A stretch of DNA of 64,000 bases from Eledone cirrhosa. Its lineage: Eukaryota. How positions within the stretch are numbered: position 1 is the stretch's first letter; every line of letters starts with the position of its first letter. Positions 37,782 through 51,992 of the stretch are shown here, piece after piece. Made by a program: the position numbers and the translations under genes. The notes under the pieces are model-generated. The model did no database searches. It was not told the DNA's origin and worked only from the letters and a program-made list of their open reading frames with translations. The stretch covers positions 29,760,001 to 29,824,000 of the forward strand of contig OZ024752.1 of NCBI GenBank assembly GCA_964016885.1, in the 5' to 3' direction.

Positions 37782-38277
37782 ATATATATATTTAAGTATC
37801 AGCTGTACTAAGAGTGAGAAATGAAATTTCGTTTCATTCTTTTCCATTTATATATATATATATATATATATATAGGTTGATAGATAGACAGGTATATAGC
37901 TAGTTAGAAAGCTAGAGAGATATATTAGCTAGATAAAGATTGTCATTATGTCTGATGTAACAAGGAGCGAAATACATTGAAAATGATATGAAAACAATTG
38001 TAAGTCAAAGAGAGTAATGTGGTTGTGTTAGTTATGCTAGAACTATAATATAATAGTTGTGATCAGACAGAAGATAAATAACAGGGGGAGAATTTTATAA
38101 CATGCTGTGATAATTACATGAGATATGCAATCTTAACTTGCATGAATGGCAACATGCAAGTGGGCTGAGAAAGTGTGGTGGGTATTTCAGTCATCAGCTA
38201 ATGTATACAAAATAAATGACTGCTGTGGCGGTGCCCCAGCATAGCCTCAGCCTGTCGGTTGGAAAACATAATAGAGT

Positions 38278-38468
38278 AATAATTGTTTCTACTTTAGGCA
38301 CAAGGCCAGCAATTACCCAGTACATTACTGGTACTTTATTTTATCGACCCCGTAAGGATGAAAAGCAAAGTTAACCTCGGCGGGATTTGAACTCAGACTG
38401 TAAAGGGACGTAACTATGCTAGAAAGAATGGCGTCCGACCCTCTACCGATACTGCCAATCCACCGCCC
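38278..38468 (-). mobile_element. SINE family B (full length)
   Basis: Reverse complement of the 28772-28959 type. Confidence 0.88.
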
Positions 38469-39419
38469 TTAATAGAATAATAATGTATTGTGGATATGTG
38501 ACATGTATGGATAAGATCAGTTGTGTGAAAAGACTCTGTATGTAGACAGTAGAAAGTAGACAGTAATTACTCATGGAAGTAGACACTAAGTACCAATGGT
38601 TCAAGTAGACTGTGATTGAGATGGTATATGATGAGATGGAATTTGAAAATTTTGGATACCAAAGAAACATGATCAAGAGTGCTAATATGTAGTGTACAGT
38701 CATTGAAACCATGCCAACTAGGAAAAGTCAATATCTTAGCACTGGTGTAGTCAAGGTATCCACTTCTAGAATGTCACATGTTCTGATTAAACCAGCATAG
38801 AGTGACAGTATTTAATCTGGTAATCTTTGGTATTGAAATTTCAGTAGATTAAGAAAGACATATGTAATAGAAGAGTCTAAAGTAAGGCAAAAAGTTGAAA
38901 GCAACTGTGAATCCTAAATTAATTTAGCTTGAAGTTATTTAGTGATTTTTTTTTTAGTAAAACTAGGATTGTATAGATGGGAAAAATGAAATAAATTAGA
39001 TTTATCATTAAAGTACAGCTTTGTTAAGGAGAAAGAACTTAAAATGTTTCTGAATTAAATCACTGTTAAATGAAAGACTTGGAGCAAGTTAATATGATTA
39101 TTATTTTTCAGACTCTAAACTTCATCTGTGAGGATAAAATATTTGTGAATATTCACAGGTAACTTATATTTGGATTGCTTTGATCTCTAATTATCATCAG
39201 GTGTTTGATTCCAAACTAAATTCAAATTGAGAATCGTTATTTCTAAACTAAAGGTAACAGCAATCCTATTTAATATACCACTGACTCAGGTACATTTTTA
39301 GGATATTTAAATGTATTTTTCACTAAAGGCCGCCATATTAGGTGATGTCAGCACTAGGATTGCTCATTAGGTTTCAGCGAGCAGTATATGTATTGTTTCT
39401 GTGATTTATCCACATTTTA

Positions 39420-39598
39420 ACCATAGTTACTAATATAAAAAAAAGACTCTCTCACATTGATATTGTTACTGGTACAGTTTTACCATAGTGACTAATACAA
39501 TAAAGACTCTCTCACATTGATATTGTTATTGGTACAGTTTTACCATAGTTACTAATACAAGAAAGACTCTCTCACATTGATATTGTTATTGGTACAGT
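39420..39598. repeat. 60-bp tandem repeat x3
   Basis: ccatagttactaata..aaagactctctcacattgatattgtta(c/t)tggtacagttt occurs three times. Confidence 0.92.
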
Positions 39599-40504
39599 CT
39601 AAATGGTCTTTGTACCAATCCTCTGCTTTGCTCTGCAGTTGTTTAATGAGTTCAAAGTAGCTAAATCTCATTCAAATTTCTTTATTTTGCTTTTCAAATA
39701 CCAACCACATTAAAAATCCTAAATCACTGTACAATAACCCCTTCAATAAAAGCTGGGCTGTTAATTGAATAAATTATCTACTTTTACACAACAATTGTTT
39801 GCACCCTTGTTTAATTCTCAAAGAGCTGACTGGCAATACTTAATAACAATAATAAGATTCATAATTTTAAGTCTCTACACTTAGCTCTTATTTAATTAAA
39901 CATAATAGCAAGACAAATCATATCAATAATCTGCATTGTTTAGATATTATTTCTACATCTAAAACCGTTCTATAACAAAATTACTAACACTTATCCAGAT
40001 AACTTCCTAAGCTGGTAAATAAATTGTACTGTCTACTTTTGATACTTATATATTTTAAACAACAGCTACTTTGAATATCATCAGCACCATTCTTCTGACA
40101 GTTTGCCTACAAGATATTTTCCAGTAAGTGTTTAGCTTATAACAAATCAATACTTTCTATAGTTATTAAATATATGCTTATTTCCTGAAAGCATTTTTGT
40201 TATTTTATTTTTTGCCATTTATTAAATTTGAAAATACTATAATGCTGTAAAATAAAAGATGACAAAAATGTTAAATAAACAAGAAGTCTGTGAATTTAAA
40301 CGTTGGACATTTCTAAATAAGAAAATAAAATAGATGGATGGTTATATAGATAGAACTGTGTTGTTTGATTGTCAAAAATATTACAGTACAAAATTAAAGT
40401 TTAAATGTGTATTATCTACATAATATAGAATAATATATTTTCATTTTATTTTTATTTCCCACTTTTTAAATTCTTCCAACCAACAGCAGTTGTTTGAATA
40501 CCTT

Positions 40505-41230
40505 TCAACCTGTATGAAAAACATCCAGGAAAGCACCGAGTTCACTCTGTAGAGTGGTTGTGGTAGCAACATGTCAATAAATTACCAGTCCACACTGTAA
40601 AGTGGTTGTCTTGGTGCCACTACAAAAAGCACCCAGTCCACACTGTAAAACGGTCATTTTAGTGCCACGATAAAAAGCACCCTGTCTACACTGTAAATGT
40701 GGTTGGCATTAGGAAGGGCATCCAGCTCTAGAAACAAAGCCAGAAACATTTCTGTATGAGCAAGATATGGTCATCTGATCTGACTTGTCTCAATGGGACA
40801 ACTCGTCTAACCCATGCTAGTGAGGAATAATGGACATTCAAATTTAATATCTATTGCATTAATCTTGCCAGCATAGAAGGCCGTACAAAGTCCTTATAGA
40901 CTTCCCCTTCTCCTCCTTTTCTACCTCTGATTAATAATAAATAAAAACCTCCTGGTCCATCCTGTCAAGTGGATATGTTGGTGACATGATGAAAAAGTAT
41001 CCAGTTCAATATGGCAGTTGGTCATTTTGGTGCCACAATAAAAAAGCACCCACACATAGTAAATATGGTTGGTATTAGGAAGTACACCCAACCATAAAAA
41101 CCAAGCTAGAAACAGTTCTCTATTAGCAAGACATGTTCACTTGATCTGACTTATCTCACGTCAAGACAACTCATCTAACCCAATGCTAGCATGGAAAATA
41201 GACACTAAACAGTGATTATGATGATGATGA
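40505..41230 (+). mobile_element. Two Ceph-domain/RTE-tail elements with tandem ~45-bp subrepeats
   Basis: Repeated ggtgccac..aaaaagcacccagtccacactgtaaa units, then ttaggaagggcatccag and ctaacccatgctag tails (~40505-40840 and ~40950-41230). Confidence 0.75.
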
Positions 41231-41590
41231 AAAGCAAATAATTATGAAAGAATATTAAATATTTTAAATCTATAGCTTGACAAACAATTACAAAACAAAA
41301 GTGAGCTGTTGAAATTAATCAGAGAATCATAAATGAAATTATTTTAGTATAAGCCATAGAAAGTTTGTTATGGGAATAAGATGTTGGTTGTGCAAAGAAA
41401 CATATTTTGATGAGAATATATGTAAAAACAAAAACAAACAAAAATGGTAAATGGTAAAATAGTTCCATTAATCTTCTAGCATCATCTATAATTTCATGTC
41501 ATTTATTGATATTTTACATCTTATTTAATTGTAAGAATAGAAACATAACAGCTCTCTTTTAATATATCTCTATTATAATGTTTACATATA

Positions 41591-41690
41591 CAGGGCATCC
41601 CCCAAAATGTATTCACTCTTTGATTACCTATACAGACAGTATTCATTTGGATGCTGTTGAAGTGTGTATACATTTTTTGGGGACACCCTG
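41591..41690. mobile_element. Tc1/mariner-type MITE (100 bp)
   Basis: TA|CAGGGCATCCCCCAAAATGTAT ... ATACATTTTTTGGGGACACCCTG|TA. Confidence 0.8.
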
Positions 41691-41715
41691 TATTTTGAAA
41701 GTATTTATTATTATT

Positions 41716-42170
41716 AGGGCGGTTGATTGGCTGTATCAGTCTGGCATCAGACAACATACTTTACGACTTCTAGTTACAGCCCTTTACATTCTGAGTTCAA
41801 TTCCTGCCAAGGTTAGATTCACCTTTCATCCTTACAGGATCGATAAAATAAAGATTCAATATTGCACTGGGGTTGATTTAATAGATTTTTTCCCTCCCCA
41901 CCAAATTTGTTGCCTAAATCAGAAACCATTATTATTATGTATAATGGTTTCTGATTATCCCGCCGAGGTTAACTTTGCCTTTCATCCTTACGGGGTCGTT
42001 AAAATAAAGTACCAGTAATACACTGGGATAATTGCTGGCCTTGTGCCAAAAGTAGAAACAATTATTATTATGTATAATTTCATCCTTACGGGGTCGATAA
42101 AATAAAGTACCAGTAATGTACTGGGTAATTGCTGGCTTTGTGCCAAAAGTAGAAACAATTATTATTATGT
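41716..42170 (+). mobile_element. SINE B cluster (one full copy plus two progressively truncated copies)
   Basis: Repeated tttcatccttacggggtcg..aaaataaagtaccag..gtgccaaaagtagaaacaattattattatgtataat. Confidence 0.85.
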
Positions 42171-43552
42171 ATAATTCTACTGTTTTCTTTTAAAGTTCTT
42201 ATTTTTTTCCCTCCTCCGTGGTCTACAACTTATTTTATCATGTGCCAAACATACTCTATATCCTGGGGGAAGTCTGCTTTAGTATTTTTTTATATGCATA
42301 TTTTTTTTCTATTCTGCCTAGTTGCTGGATGGTCTGTAATAGAAATAACTTTAATAAACATTCCAGGATATTGGTAGTTTATACTCTATGAAACTCTCAA
42401 TGAAGAAATATATTCAGACTGTCCTCGTTAGTAGTTCATTGTTATTGTTATTTATAATATTTCTTATATACTCTCCTTATTGCTATTTCTGGAGCTTGTC
42501 TGTGTTATTTAGTACATGTTGATGTGCATTCTCCCCCAAGCTAATGTTTATAATTTAGATCTGGCTGCACAAAGAAAAAACTACAGATTTAATAATGCAT
42601 ATACAGGAAGGAGATTTTAACAATAAAGATAGCATTTGGTGTATTTAAGTTGACTAACTAGATAAGCATGTTAAGTCCACTTAATTTAATCATCAATTTG
42701 TACATTTATTAGAGGTTAAGATGTTATATCCTATCTTTTAACTATTTTTTTTTCACATGTAAAGTAGCTGCATTGTCGAATAAACTGTTTAGCTTGTTAA
42801 AACAGATTGCTTAGGAGGCCATCCCTGTCACCAAACACCAGCACTATTTCTTTCACTCTCTTCCAAACACCACCAATAATATGCTAACAAGAACACCACC
42901 AACACCACTACCACCACTGCCATCATCATCAACCCCCCCCCCCCCGAATAGTGGTTTTTGATTATGAATTTCTTTTGAGAGAAACTTTAATCCTGTAATC
43001 GTTCGTATCTACAGCCTTTGGTATCATGTCAAGTGAAAAACCAGTAAACTCCTGGAGTAATAAAATATTTCTAACATAGTTCAATTTTTGAAAAGAATTA
43101 CCAATAATTCAAGTCACCATAACCATTACCATCCTTTTTACTCCATGAAACTTAGTTGTCATCCACAACACCCTCTCCCATTATTTAATTGTTTTGCTGA
43201 CAACCACCAGCTAATGTGTTGTGGTAAATAAATATATACATATACACCAGATCCGAACACAATGGAATCAAACTCCCACTGTCACTGCCTCCGTCTCTCC
43301 TGCTCTCCCCATCTCTCACTCTCATGAGCAAATGGGGTCCCACGTGCTGGTTGCCCTGCAGCCCTAGCAGACAGAATAGAGAAAGTGTTTCCCCAGAGGA
43401 TGGTAAGGGAGACGTTCTGGAAGAGCCAGCTTATAACTACCACTGTCCATCCTCTTTTACCACCATATTAGTCTCATTCCCCACGTTACATACATTCACG
43501 AGACTTAGCTGTCACCCACAACTCACAATCACATTTAACATCCTCCCCCATT

Positions 43553-43755
43553 GTTTAAACCAGCCGTATCCAGCCAGAATTCTCTTACCTCTTTCTGTTC
43601 AAACCAACCAAAACCATATTATGTTAAGGTATTGTTCTCAAAATAAATAATATCAAAATCTCATAGATTCGATATTATGTGAGATAATTATGTGAAATAA
43701 AGTGTTTATCATGAAAATATAATAGTAAATATAGAATAATGTAAATGCTAAAGGG
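43553..43755. mobile_element. piggyBac-like MITE, left end lost
   Basis: Family body, with the right terminus TAAATGCTAAAGGG-TTAA. Confidence 0.85.
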
Positions 43756-44206
43756 TTAATTGTTTTACCAACAACCATCAGCTTGTAGCAACGACTGTCC
43801 CTCTTCTCTTGTCATTCTAATTCCCTGTTCACATTCACATTCACATTCCTACACTCATGAGACACTTAGCTGTCAGCCCCTACTCTTAGTTGCTATCCAA
43901 CACCAACTCTCTTATCTTATCACATCCTATTGTTCAACCCCTCTCTTCTAACAACTAACATGCAGTTAACCCTCCCTCTTCCCTCCATTTAACTGCATCT
44001 TGCTACATGTATAATGAGTGGGGGGTGGGGTGGGGGCGATCAGAGGAAGAGACAGTGTTAGGGGACATGAAAGAGTTCATGTTTGGAGCTCTGTAGTGTA
44101 ATCAGTAAAATTCCTGGCAAGCAATAAATTCATGGATTGAGTTGCCTCATTGGACCTGATTTCCTTTTCTGTTTCAAATTGGTTCTGATAATATATCAGA
44201 TAAATT

Positions 44207-44474
44207 TACTGGACAGATGATATATTATATCTGTCCAGTAGATTAATTTGGCTAGAGCCTTTTCGATTTTTTAGACTATTTCCAGGTAAGGGGTTAACCT
44301 ATTTTAAGGTAGCACAGTATGACATACTTTTTCTGGATAAATATACTGGATAGATAATATATTATATCTGTCCAGTAGGTTTATTTGGTCTATAGAGCCT
44401 CTTGGACTTTTTAGAGTATTTCCAGGCAAAGGGTTAACCTATTTTAAGGTAGCACAGTATAGCATACTTTTTCT
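44207..44474. repeat. ~135-bp tandem duplication; each unit starts with a hairpin
   Basis: tactggacagat-gatatattat-atctgtccagta ... gggttaacctattttaaggtagcacagtat occurs twice. Confidence 0.85.
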
Positions 44475-45824
44475 ATTCATCTAAAGATATAAAAATACTG
44501 AGAACATTTTAAAATTATTTTCATCTATTCATCTTTTAAATGTACATTTTGACAGCTAAATCTTCAGCTACTTCATTTTATATTTATAGAGATAAATGTC
44601 ATTTTAGTCTTGAAAGTTTGGTAGCCTAATGGATAAAAATGTGTTCTTGTTACCGTGATGAATTGTTTAGAGAAGAAGCAAAATTGACATATATATTATA
44701 TGAAGAATACAGCAGATCCATCAACCATATTGTACAAGAAAAAAAAAAAAATAATAATAAAGGAATAAACAAATAAATGAATAAAATTTTGTTTCACACA
44801 AACACACACATGCGCTCTCTCCCTCTTACACACACACATACTTTCATATATGTGAAAATATTTGAATATGATATAAATATATATATATATATATGGTTTC
44901 TCATTTTATGTTAATTATGTTAACTATCTATTTATGTCCATGTATACATACATATACATACACACACATATATATAAGCATCTGGATACTATATATATAT
45001 ATAGTATCCAGATGCTTATCAACTGTTTACCAATGACATAAACATTGTGATTTCAATTTCTAACATATACATCCACACATGGCATTTACACAAATGAATG
45101 CTTTGATTCGAAAATGTGAAATTAACAATGATTATGATTTTAGCAAAGAAAGAAAAAATATCAAGTTTCACTTATAAATTGATTGGGAAAAGAAAAATAG
45201 AAAAACACAGAAAAAGCACCATTTAGTCCAATACCTTAAGGGAAAATATCTTAAATGCTATTTCAAAGAATTCTACAAGCTTCTTATATATTTCTCAAAT
45301 AATTTCTATTGGAAGAAAATTTCTTTAAAATATCAATCAAAGTCAGTAAGAAAAAAAAAATTGTTTAGAAATAATTTTTATCATAATAAAGTTGCAATAT
45401 TATGGTTAAATATTGGTTTAGGAATCAAAAATAGAAACCTTATAAAACTATCAATTGAAAAAGATCATATAAAAATGAATAAATTGTTTTGAATTTGCTG
45501 TCCTATCTTTAGCAGTAAATCATAGAAAAGCAACATATTTTATTAAATTTAAAATCATCATTTGAATTCTGGTTTTCAAATCTGTGGGAATAAATATTAA
45601 TATAGCTTCTAGATTAAAATAACAAATTTTCTAAATTGAATGGTTTAAAGTGACTATTCATGCACATTCCAAGTGGTAAACATTTGTATCAGTGTTCCAT
45701 TTAAGCAGATTAGCATATTTCACTTTTATGGGGTAAGCCTAAAATAGTGCCTAGCAGAAAAAGAATAAAAATCTTCTAACCATTGAGTGTCTTCAGCATA
45801 ATCCATATTGCAAAGTGGTAAGAA

Positions 45825-46085
45825 GTGAGTGTTTCAGCCCTGGATAACTGGACAGCTGAACAGCAGAAGGTCGCCAGAGAAGAAGCCCTCTCAAGCCAGT
45901 GATTTGTCCCAGGAGAGCTGGACAGTAGAAAGTCTTCAAAGAAGAAGCCCCCACCACCTCAAGCAAGGGCTTTGGCCCTTAAACAGATACATAGTGTTAA
46001 GAAACTCCCAGGAAAGTTGAACAGCAAAAGGTCTTCAGAGAAGAAAACCCTCACCTCAAACAAATGTTTCGGTCCTTAACTCAGG
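45825..46085 (-). repeat. Second locus of the 7480-7772 repeat family
   Basis: Reverse-complement units cagcagaaggtcttcagagaagaa..cctcaagcaa..tgtttc. Confidence 0.75.
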
Positions 46086-47814
46086 TTTTTCATGAACTTC
46101 TTTCTCTTTGTATCATTTATTTTTTAGTATCAATATTCCAACAATATTACTGATTCTCTAAGGGAATTACATGGGAAAAGATTTCCAATAAGACAGCTTT
46201 ACTTATAGCTGTTAATCTTATATATTTTCTCTCATTAGTTCCTGACATGAAACTCCCTCCAGTGATAACAGGATTGTTAGAAGATCATCTGAGGTCAACA
46301 AATTTCTATAATATTTTTCCTTAATATGCACTATAGCAATGTATCAGTTTCAATTTCTTCTATAATTACATTAATCTATTGAAAATTACATCAAAGAAAT
46401 ATGTAATGAACATAACTCATGGACATATTTCCTCATCTATACCCAAAATTATGGCCTCTGCTCCAGCTTTGACATTAAAAGACACAAATTCATAATTTGT
46501 AAGACAGTAAATCATTTCAGCATTCAAATATCTCAATCTTTGTGGTAATTTTTATTTACAACACACACTCACCTACACATACACACACACATTAACAGAC
46601 ATACTCACAGATACAGATACACATGCACACACACACACACATATATATATAATAGCAAAGAAGACTCTAGTGGATATGATTGAAAATCATGCTCATACTT
46701 TTTGAAAATCAATGCCACTTTTTCCATTCTTTAAACTAATTTATCGTCCGTAGTTCTATGGCAACCACTCAATTTACATTAAGGATACCAATTTAATCAT
46801 ATTTACTTTGAAGTGCTTTCATTCTTGATGACTCTAACACCCACAGCTTCTTGGCTTTCTCATTCTCTTGTAATTGCAAGAGAAGCTTGAAGATGTTGCC
46901 AACTGAATACCCTTCAATAGTTAATAATCTCTTAATGTCATTATCTTCTTAGCCAACTTACTGAATGTCAAAACATCCAAATTCTTTTTTATCTCCAAAC
47001 TCAGCTTCAAAAGTTATTGTATCTATATATATACATGTTTGTGTCATTCATTTCTGTTACATTACTTACACTCAATGAACTATCACATAATAACACCATT
47101 TCTAAGCACTGGTTATTCAAGTCAAATAGCTGATATAAATCTTACCAATTTTACACTGGCTACTCAAAACAGCGGTTAAGGCCTTTGCCAAAAGATAACT
47201 GAGTTATAATGTAAGATAATCATTTTTTTTGTACATTTAACTGTATCCAGTAAGCTACCAAATTCCATCATAGAAAAATTAGATGTGGTGCTGTTATAAA
47301 GACAAAAGCAGCAGCCTAGAAAACTTAAATCATGCAATAAAGATTTTACAATTTGTTTTCATTGAACAACACCAAAATCACTTAGACTAAATATCTCAAA
47401 GGAACAAAGCCACATTATTGCTATATCTTTATTTATGAATAACACAAAGTTGTAACTATCAAACTTACTTCAATCACAAGACTTAATGATTTCCAATAGT
47501 CTTTCATGCTAACCACAAATCTTCTGCAGCAAAGCTAAAATCATAATAAAAGGCTGGTATTTCTTCAGTGTCAGAAAAATACTTTAGATCTAAACAGTTA
47601 CTGACCTATTACAAATTGAAAAATATGCTGTATACTTGAGTACTACTCACACATCTGGAACAATGCAACCCCACCACATTCAGACACAAACATTCCAAAC
47701 CACATCCAAGAAACAGCCACCCACTAAACAAGCACAACGCTACACTGTTTGACACACTGCAACTGCTGCCATGCTGTTTCTGTGAAGTTCAGTTCTACTC
47801 TCTCTCTCTCTCCA

Positions 47815-47859
<45 letters not shown>

Positions 47860-47956
47860 ATTATTATTATTATTATATACATACATATATATAAATGTAT
47901 ATATAAAAATAAAAGTAATATTCAGCAAAAGAGAAGTCAATGCCAAATTGCAGAAT

Positions 47957-47993
<37 letters not shown>

Positions 47994-48530
47994 ACATATA
48001 GATAGATAGATCAATAAGGTAGATAGATAGAGAGTAGTCAAAACACTGACCTCCAGGTGGTTTTATGCTAGTTTTTTTTACCCAAAATGTGGGAAACTCA
48101 GAATTCTATAGAATACCTTGGCATTCTATAACTGGACTAAAACTTGAAAGCAAGGTATAAACTAAAATCTTCTGTACACGTCTCCTAGGTGTATTAGGTC
48201 AGAATATAATACATTTGCTTGAATTTGGAGGCATTCTGTAGAGGTCTAGGTAGTCTATACAACACTGAGTTTCAAACAATACCAGTAATATATATATAAT
48301 GAGTGAGTAAGTGTGTGTACATGTGTGTATGTTTTGTACTGTGTATATATCAATGTATACACATGTATGAGAATAGAAAACAACATTTTTATGTGTGAAT
48401 GATACAAACTTGCACCATCATATTTGATTTTGCAGTTTGTTTAATCTAATTAAACAATATTCTCTAAAGGACACAGGCAAGACAAACACGCAGTCATAGT
48501 GTTTTATATATATATGTGTGTATATATATA

Positions 48531-48690
48531 TAGGAATCAAGATGGATACAGTAAAAAAACTGGTTAGACCATTTCTCACCAGAGTACTTGATACTTGAGG
48601 TAATAGAGTCGGGACCCTTATAGCTGAGTTCTAGTTCCAGAGCAGTTGAAATGGCTAGAGCTCAGCCATCGGGATCCCGACTCTTTCATA
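48531..48690. mobile_element. Hairpin element in (TA)n related to 19080-19291
   Basis: Shares gaccat..accagagtact..ata..ggta.tagagt and gaaa(t/c)ggc..gagctc.gccatcgggatc; arms gagtcggga...tcccgactc. Confidence 0.55.
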
Positions 48691-48694
48691 TATA

Positions 48695-49035
48695 TCATCA
48701 TCATCATCATCATTTTACGTTCCCTTTTTCCCTGCTTGCAAGGGTGGGACGGGAACTGATTCTGGCTTGATTTCTACAGCTGGATGCCCTTCCTAACACC
48801 AACCTCATTTACAGTGAGTGCTGGGTGCTATTTGCCGTGGCACCTCCACGACCACTTTACAGTGGAATGATAGGGACCGCAGTCCCTATCATCTCATTTC
48901 TACAGCTGAGTAAACTGGAGCAATGTGAAATAAAGTGTCTTGCTCAAGGAAAAAACACATCACCCGGTCTGAGAATTGAACTCACAACCTTTCGATTGCA
49001 AGGCCAATGCTCTAACCACTAAGCCATGTGCCTCC
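48695..49035 (-). mobile_element. SINE family A (full length)
   Basis: Near-identical to 14461-14804. Confidence 0.92.
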
Positions 49036-49244
49036 ATGTATATATATATATATCTATATCTATATATAATATATATATATTCATTTTGCTAAGTCTAAAT
49101 AGTGAGTCTTGTTACTCTGAAATTTTGTCTCACAACATTCTAAAATTCTATACAACTTCACAAGGTTATTTTATATTTTAGTATTATATTAGGGTTGTAC
49201 AAAACATAAACTAGCATCAATGTATTGCAGATGAAAGTATTTAT

Positions 49245-49685
49245 AGAAACTTGCCCAAGATAACAACTACAATTGCTCAAAGATGGTTATGATTTGCAGG
49301 TCATTGCTGGAAAAATAAGCAGGAAGTTATATACAAGCTATGATCGTGGGAACCAACTCACAAGAGACACAGTAGGGGAAAACCAGCTGAAACCTTCATC
49401 AATCAATTCTCAGATGATACAAACTTCAATAAGGAGTAGTTGCCAGGTGGAATGGAAAATGGTTAATTGTGGAGGGACTTTGACAGGAAGGTTCGACAGT
49501 GGTTGCAATGATGATAATGATCTATCTATCTATGTGATGTGGGAACCAACTCATGGGAGACACAGTAGAGGAAGACTGTTTGAATATTCATCAATCAACT
49601 CTCAGATGATACAAACCTCAGTAGAGAGTAGTCACCAGGAGTAATGGAAAATCATGAATTGTGGAGCATCTTTGGTCACAATAAT
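49245..49685 (+). mobile_element. Old RTE 3' fragment, partly duplicated in tandem
   Basis: Translates to FAGHCWK..WEPTHKRHSRGKP, related to 54019-54504; the gtgggaaccaactca block occurs at ~49346 and ~49539. Confidence 0.65.
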
Positions 49686-50820
49686 GATTGTTATAAATGT
49701 TAACTTGGAAATGTTTGTAAAAACCAAGAGACTCTAGAATTAATTCTAAATGTTAAATTCAATTTATTGAGAGAAGCTATATATCATCTAAACCATAAAA
49801 TAGAAAAAATATTTATATATAAACATAATCTATATTTTCAAAATATTATACAAATAAAAGAAAATAGAGGGAGAAGACCGACACATTTAATCACATGCCA
49901 CAAAAAGATGCACTAGAATTTCCTGCTAATAATCTTTTAGGCAAGCCAACACTCTTCTAGCATTGCCGCTGGTGATAGTAAATCAGTGAAGCTATACCAG
50001 AGACTGGAAGAACAGGACTTTCAGGCTTAATGCACTTTTTCAAAACAGGATTTTGAAGAGTGTGTTAAGCACGAAACTCATTACCCATGGGCCATTGGCA
50101 TAGCTTCGCAGCTACAATAAAATATAAATCACTCTATGTACTGAGTTTTGTTTCTCCCATTTATACAACTAATGCGTGTGTGTTGTGTATATATGCATGT
50201 ATGTATGAATGTATGTATGAATGTATGTACGTTTGTATGTATGTTTGTTTGCATGTTTGCATGTTTGTAAGTATGAATGTATAATTTTTAATTGCAAGCT
50301 AACCAGCTTAATCATCAGATAATTAACTCAGTCCTAAATTTTCATGTATTCGTGCCTTTTTAAAAGTTCTTAATAGTTTTAACTGAAAATATAAATTCAT
50401 CAAAATATATCTAATAAGCTTATTAGTAAGATTTTTGATTCACGTAAGTAAAAAAGAAACACTTCCTTTTGCTAAATGGTGTCATTAATTTTCACTATAA
50501 TTTAGCTGGAAAAATTTGGTTGATTTTTTTCTGATATTATGAACGCATTCGCCACCAAAATCTCACTCATGCGTTTTTGACGCTTGTTTATCAAAGTACT
50601 ACGTTGGGGTACAGTTGCTTGATAAGAAGGCTGTGTAGAGGTTAGCACATTAACAGATGTGTTGGAACTTGAAGAAAGATAATATGCTACCACCTCCCAA
50701 AACATTCTCTTTCCAATATCCAGTAGGTCAAATAACTTTTCATAAACAAGTATTTTGATGATATTTCAATGGAAAAACAAGTATAAATAAAACTCAAGCA
50801 ACGAGAAAATTCCTTTACTT

Positions 50821-51035
50821 AATAATTGTTTCTACTTTTGGCACAAGGCCAAACATTTAAAGGGGAGGGGACAAAGTCAATTAAATCAACTCCAGTGCAT
50901 TACTGGTACTTTATTTTATCGAACCCCGTAAGGTAAAGCTAACCTAGGTGGGATTTGAAACCAGAACATAAATGGCCGTAAATCTATGTTACAAAGCTTG
51001 TTGTCCGATCCTCTACCGATACTGCCAGTTTACCC
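50821..51035 (-). mobile_element. SINE family B
   Basis: aataattgtttctacttttggcacaagg ... ctctaccgatactgcca. Confidence 0.82.
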
Positions 51036-51389
51036 CCCCCCCCCATTCTAATTAATAAAGCAACTAACATTTGAAGTATCTCAAAGCTAAATACCAAATA
51101 AATATATTTTAAAAATTTAAATATCTTTCATTCCTATCTTTAACATATAAGAATAATTAAGGTCCTTAGATAAACAAATAATAAATGTAAAAATATTAAA
51201 ATGAGAGATTAGAGAATTATAAATTAATTATGAAATCAGAAATATCAAGAATTAATAAGGAATCCAAATATTTAGATATTGGAATAAGGAAGAAATTTCT
51301 TGGTTAATGATAGAAACATCAACAAAGAAATGTCTTGAGACTGTAAACATCAAAGTAATATGTTGTGTATATAATATGTGTATATGTTA

Positions 51390-51411
51390 ATACACACATA
51401 CATACACTCAT

Positions 51412-51444
<33 letters not shown>

Positions 51445-51492
51445 CACAACATTCACACACACACACACATATATATATATATACACAACATT

Positions 51493-51548
<56 letters not shown>

Positions 51549-51960
51549 CACATTCACACACATTTATATATATATATATACACAAAACATACACACACAC
51601 AACACTCACACAGCATACACACAATGCACACACACACGCAACACTCACAAATCACACACACACACCACACTCACACACATATACACAATGCAACACACAT
51701 ACATATACATATATACACACACCACACTCACACACACATATACATACACACACACACCACACTCACACACATATACACAATGCAACACACACAACAAACT
51801 CACACACACACACACACACATATATACACACACACACACCACACTCACACACATATACACAATGCAACACACACAACAAACTCACACGCACATATACATA
51901 TATATACACACACACACCACACTCACACACATATACACAATGCAACACACACAACAAACT

Positions 51961-51992
<32 letters not shown>

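Noticed and set aside
46790-47020. Protein-like minus-strand frame (LDVLTFS..LLTIEGYS)
   Set aside because: Contains a stop; at best a very old LINE endonuclease fossil, too weak to annotate.
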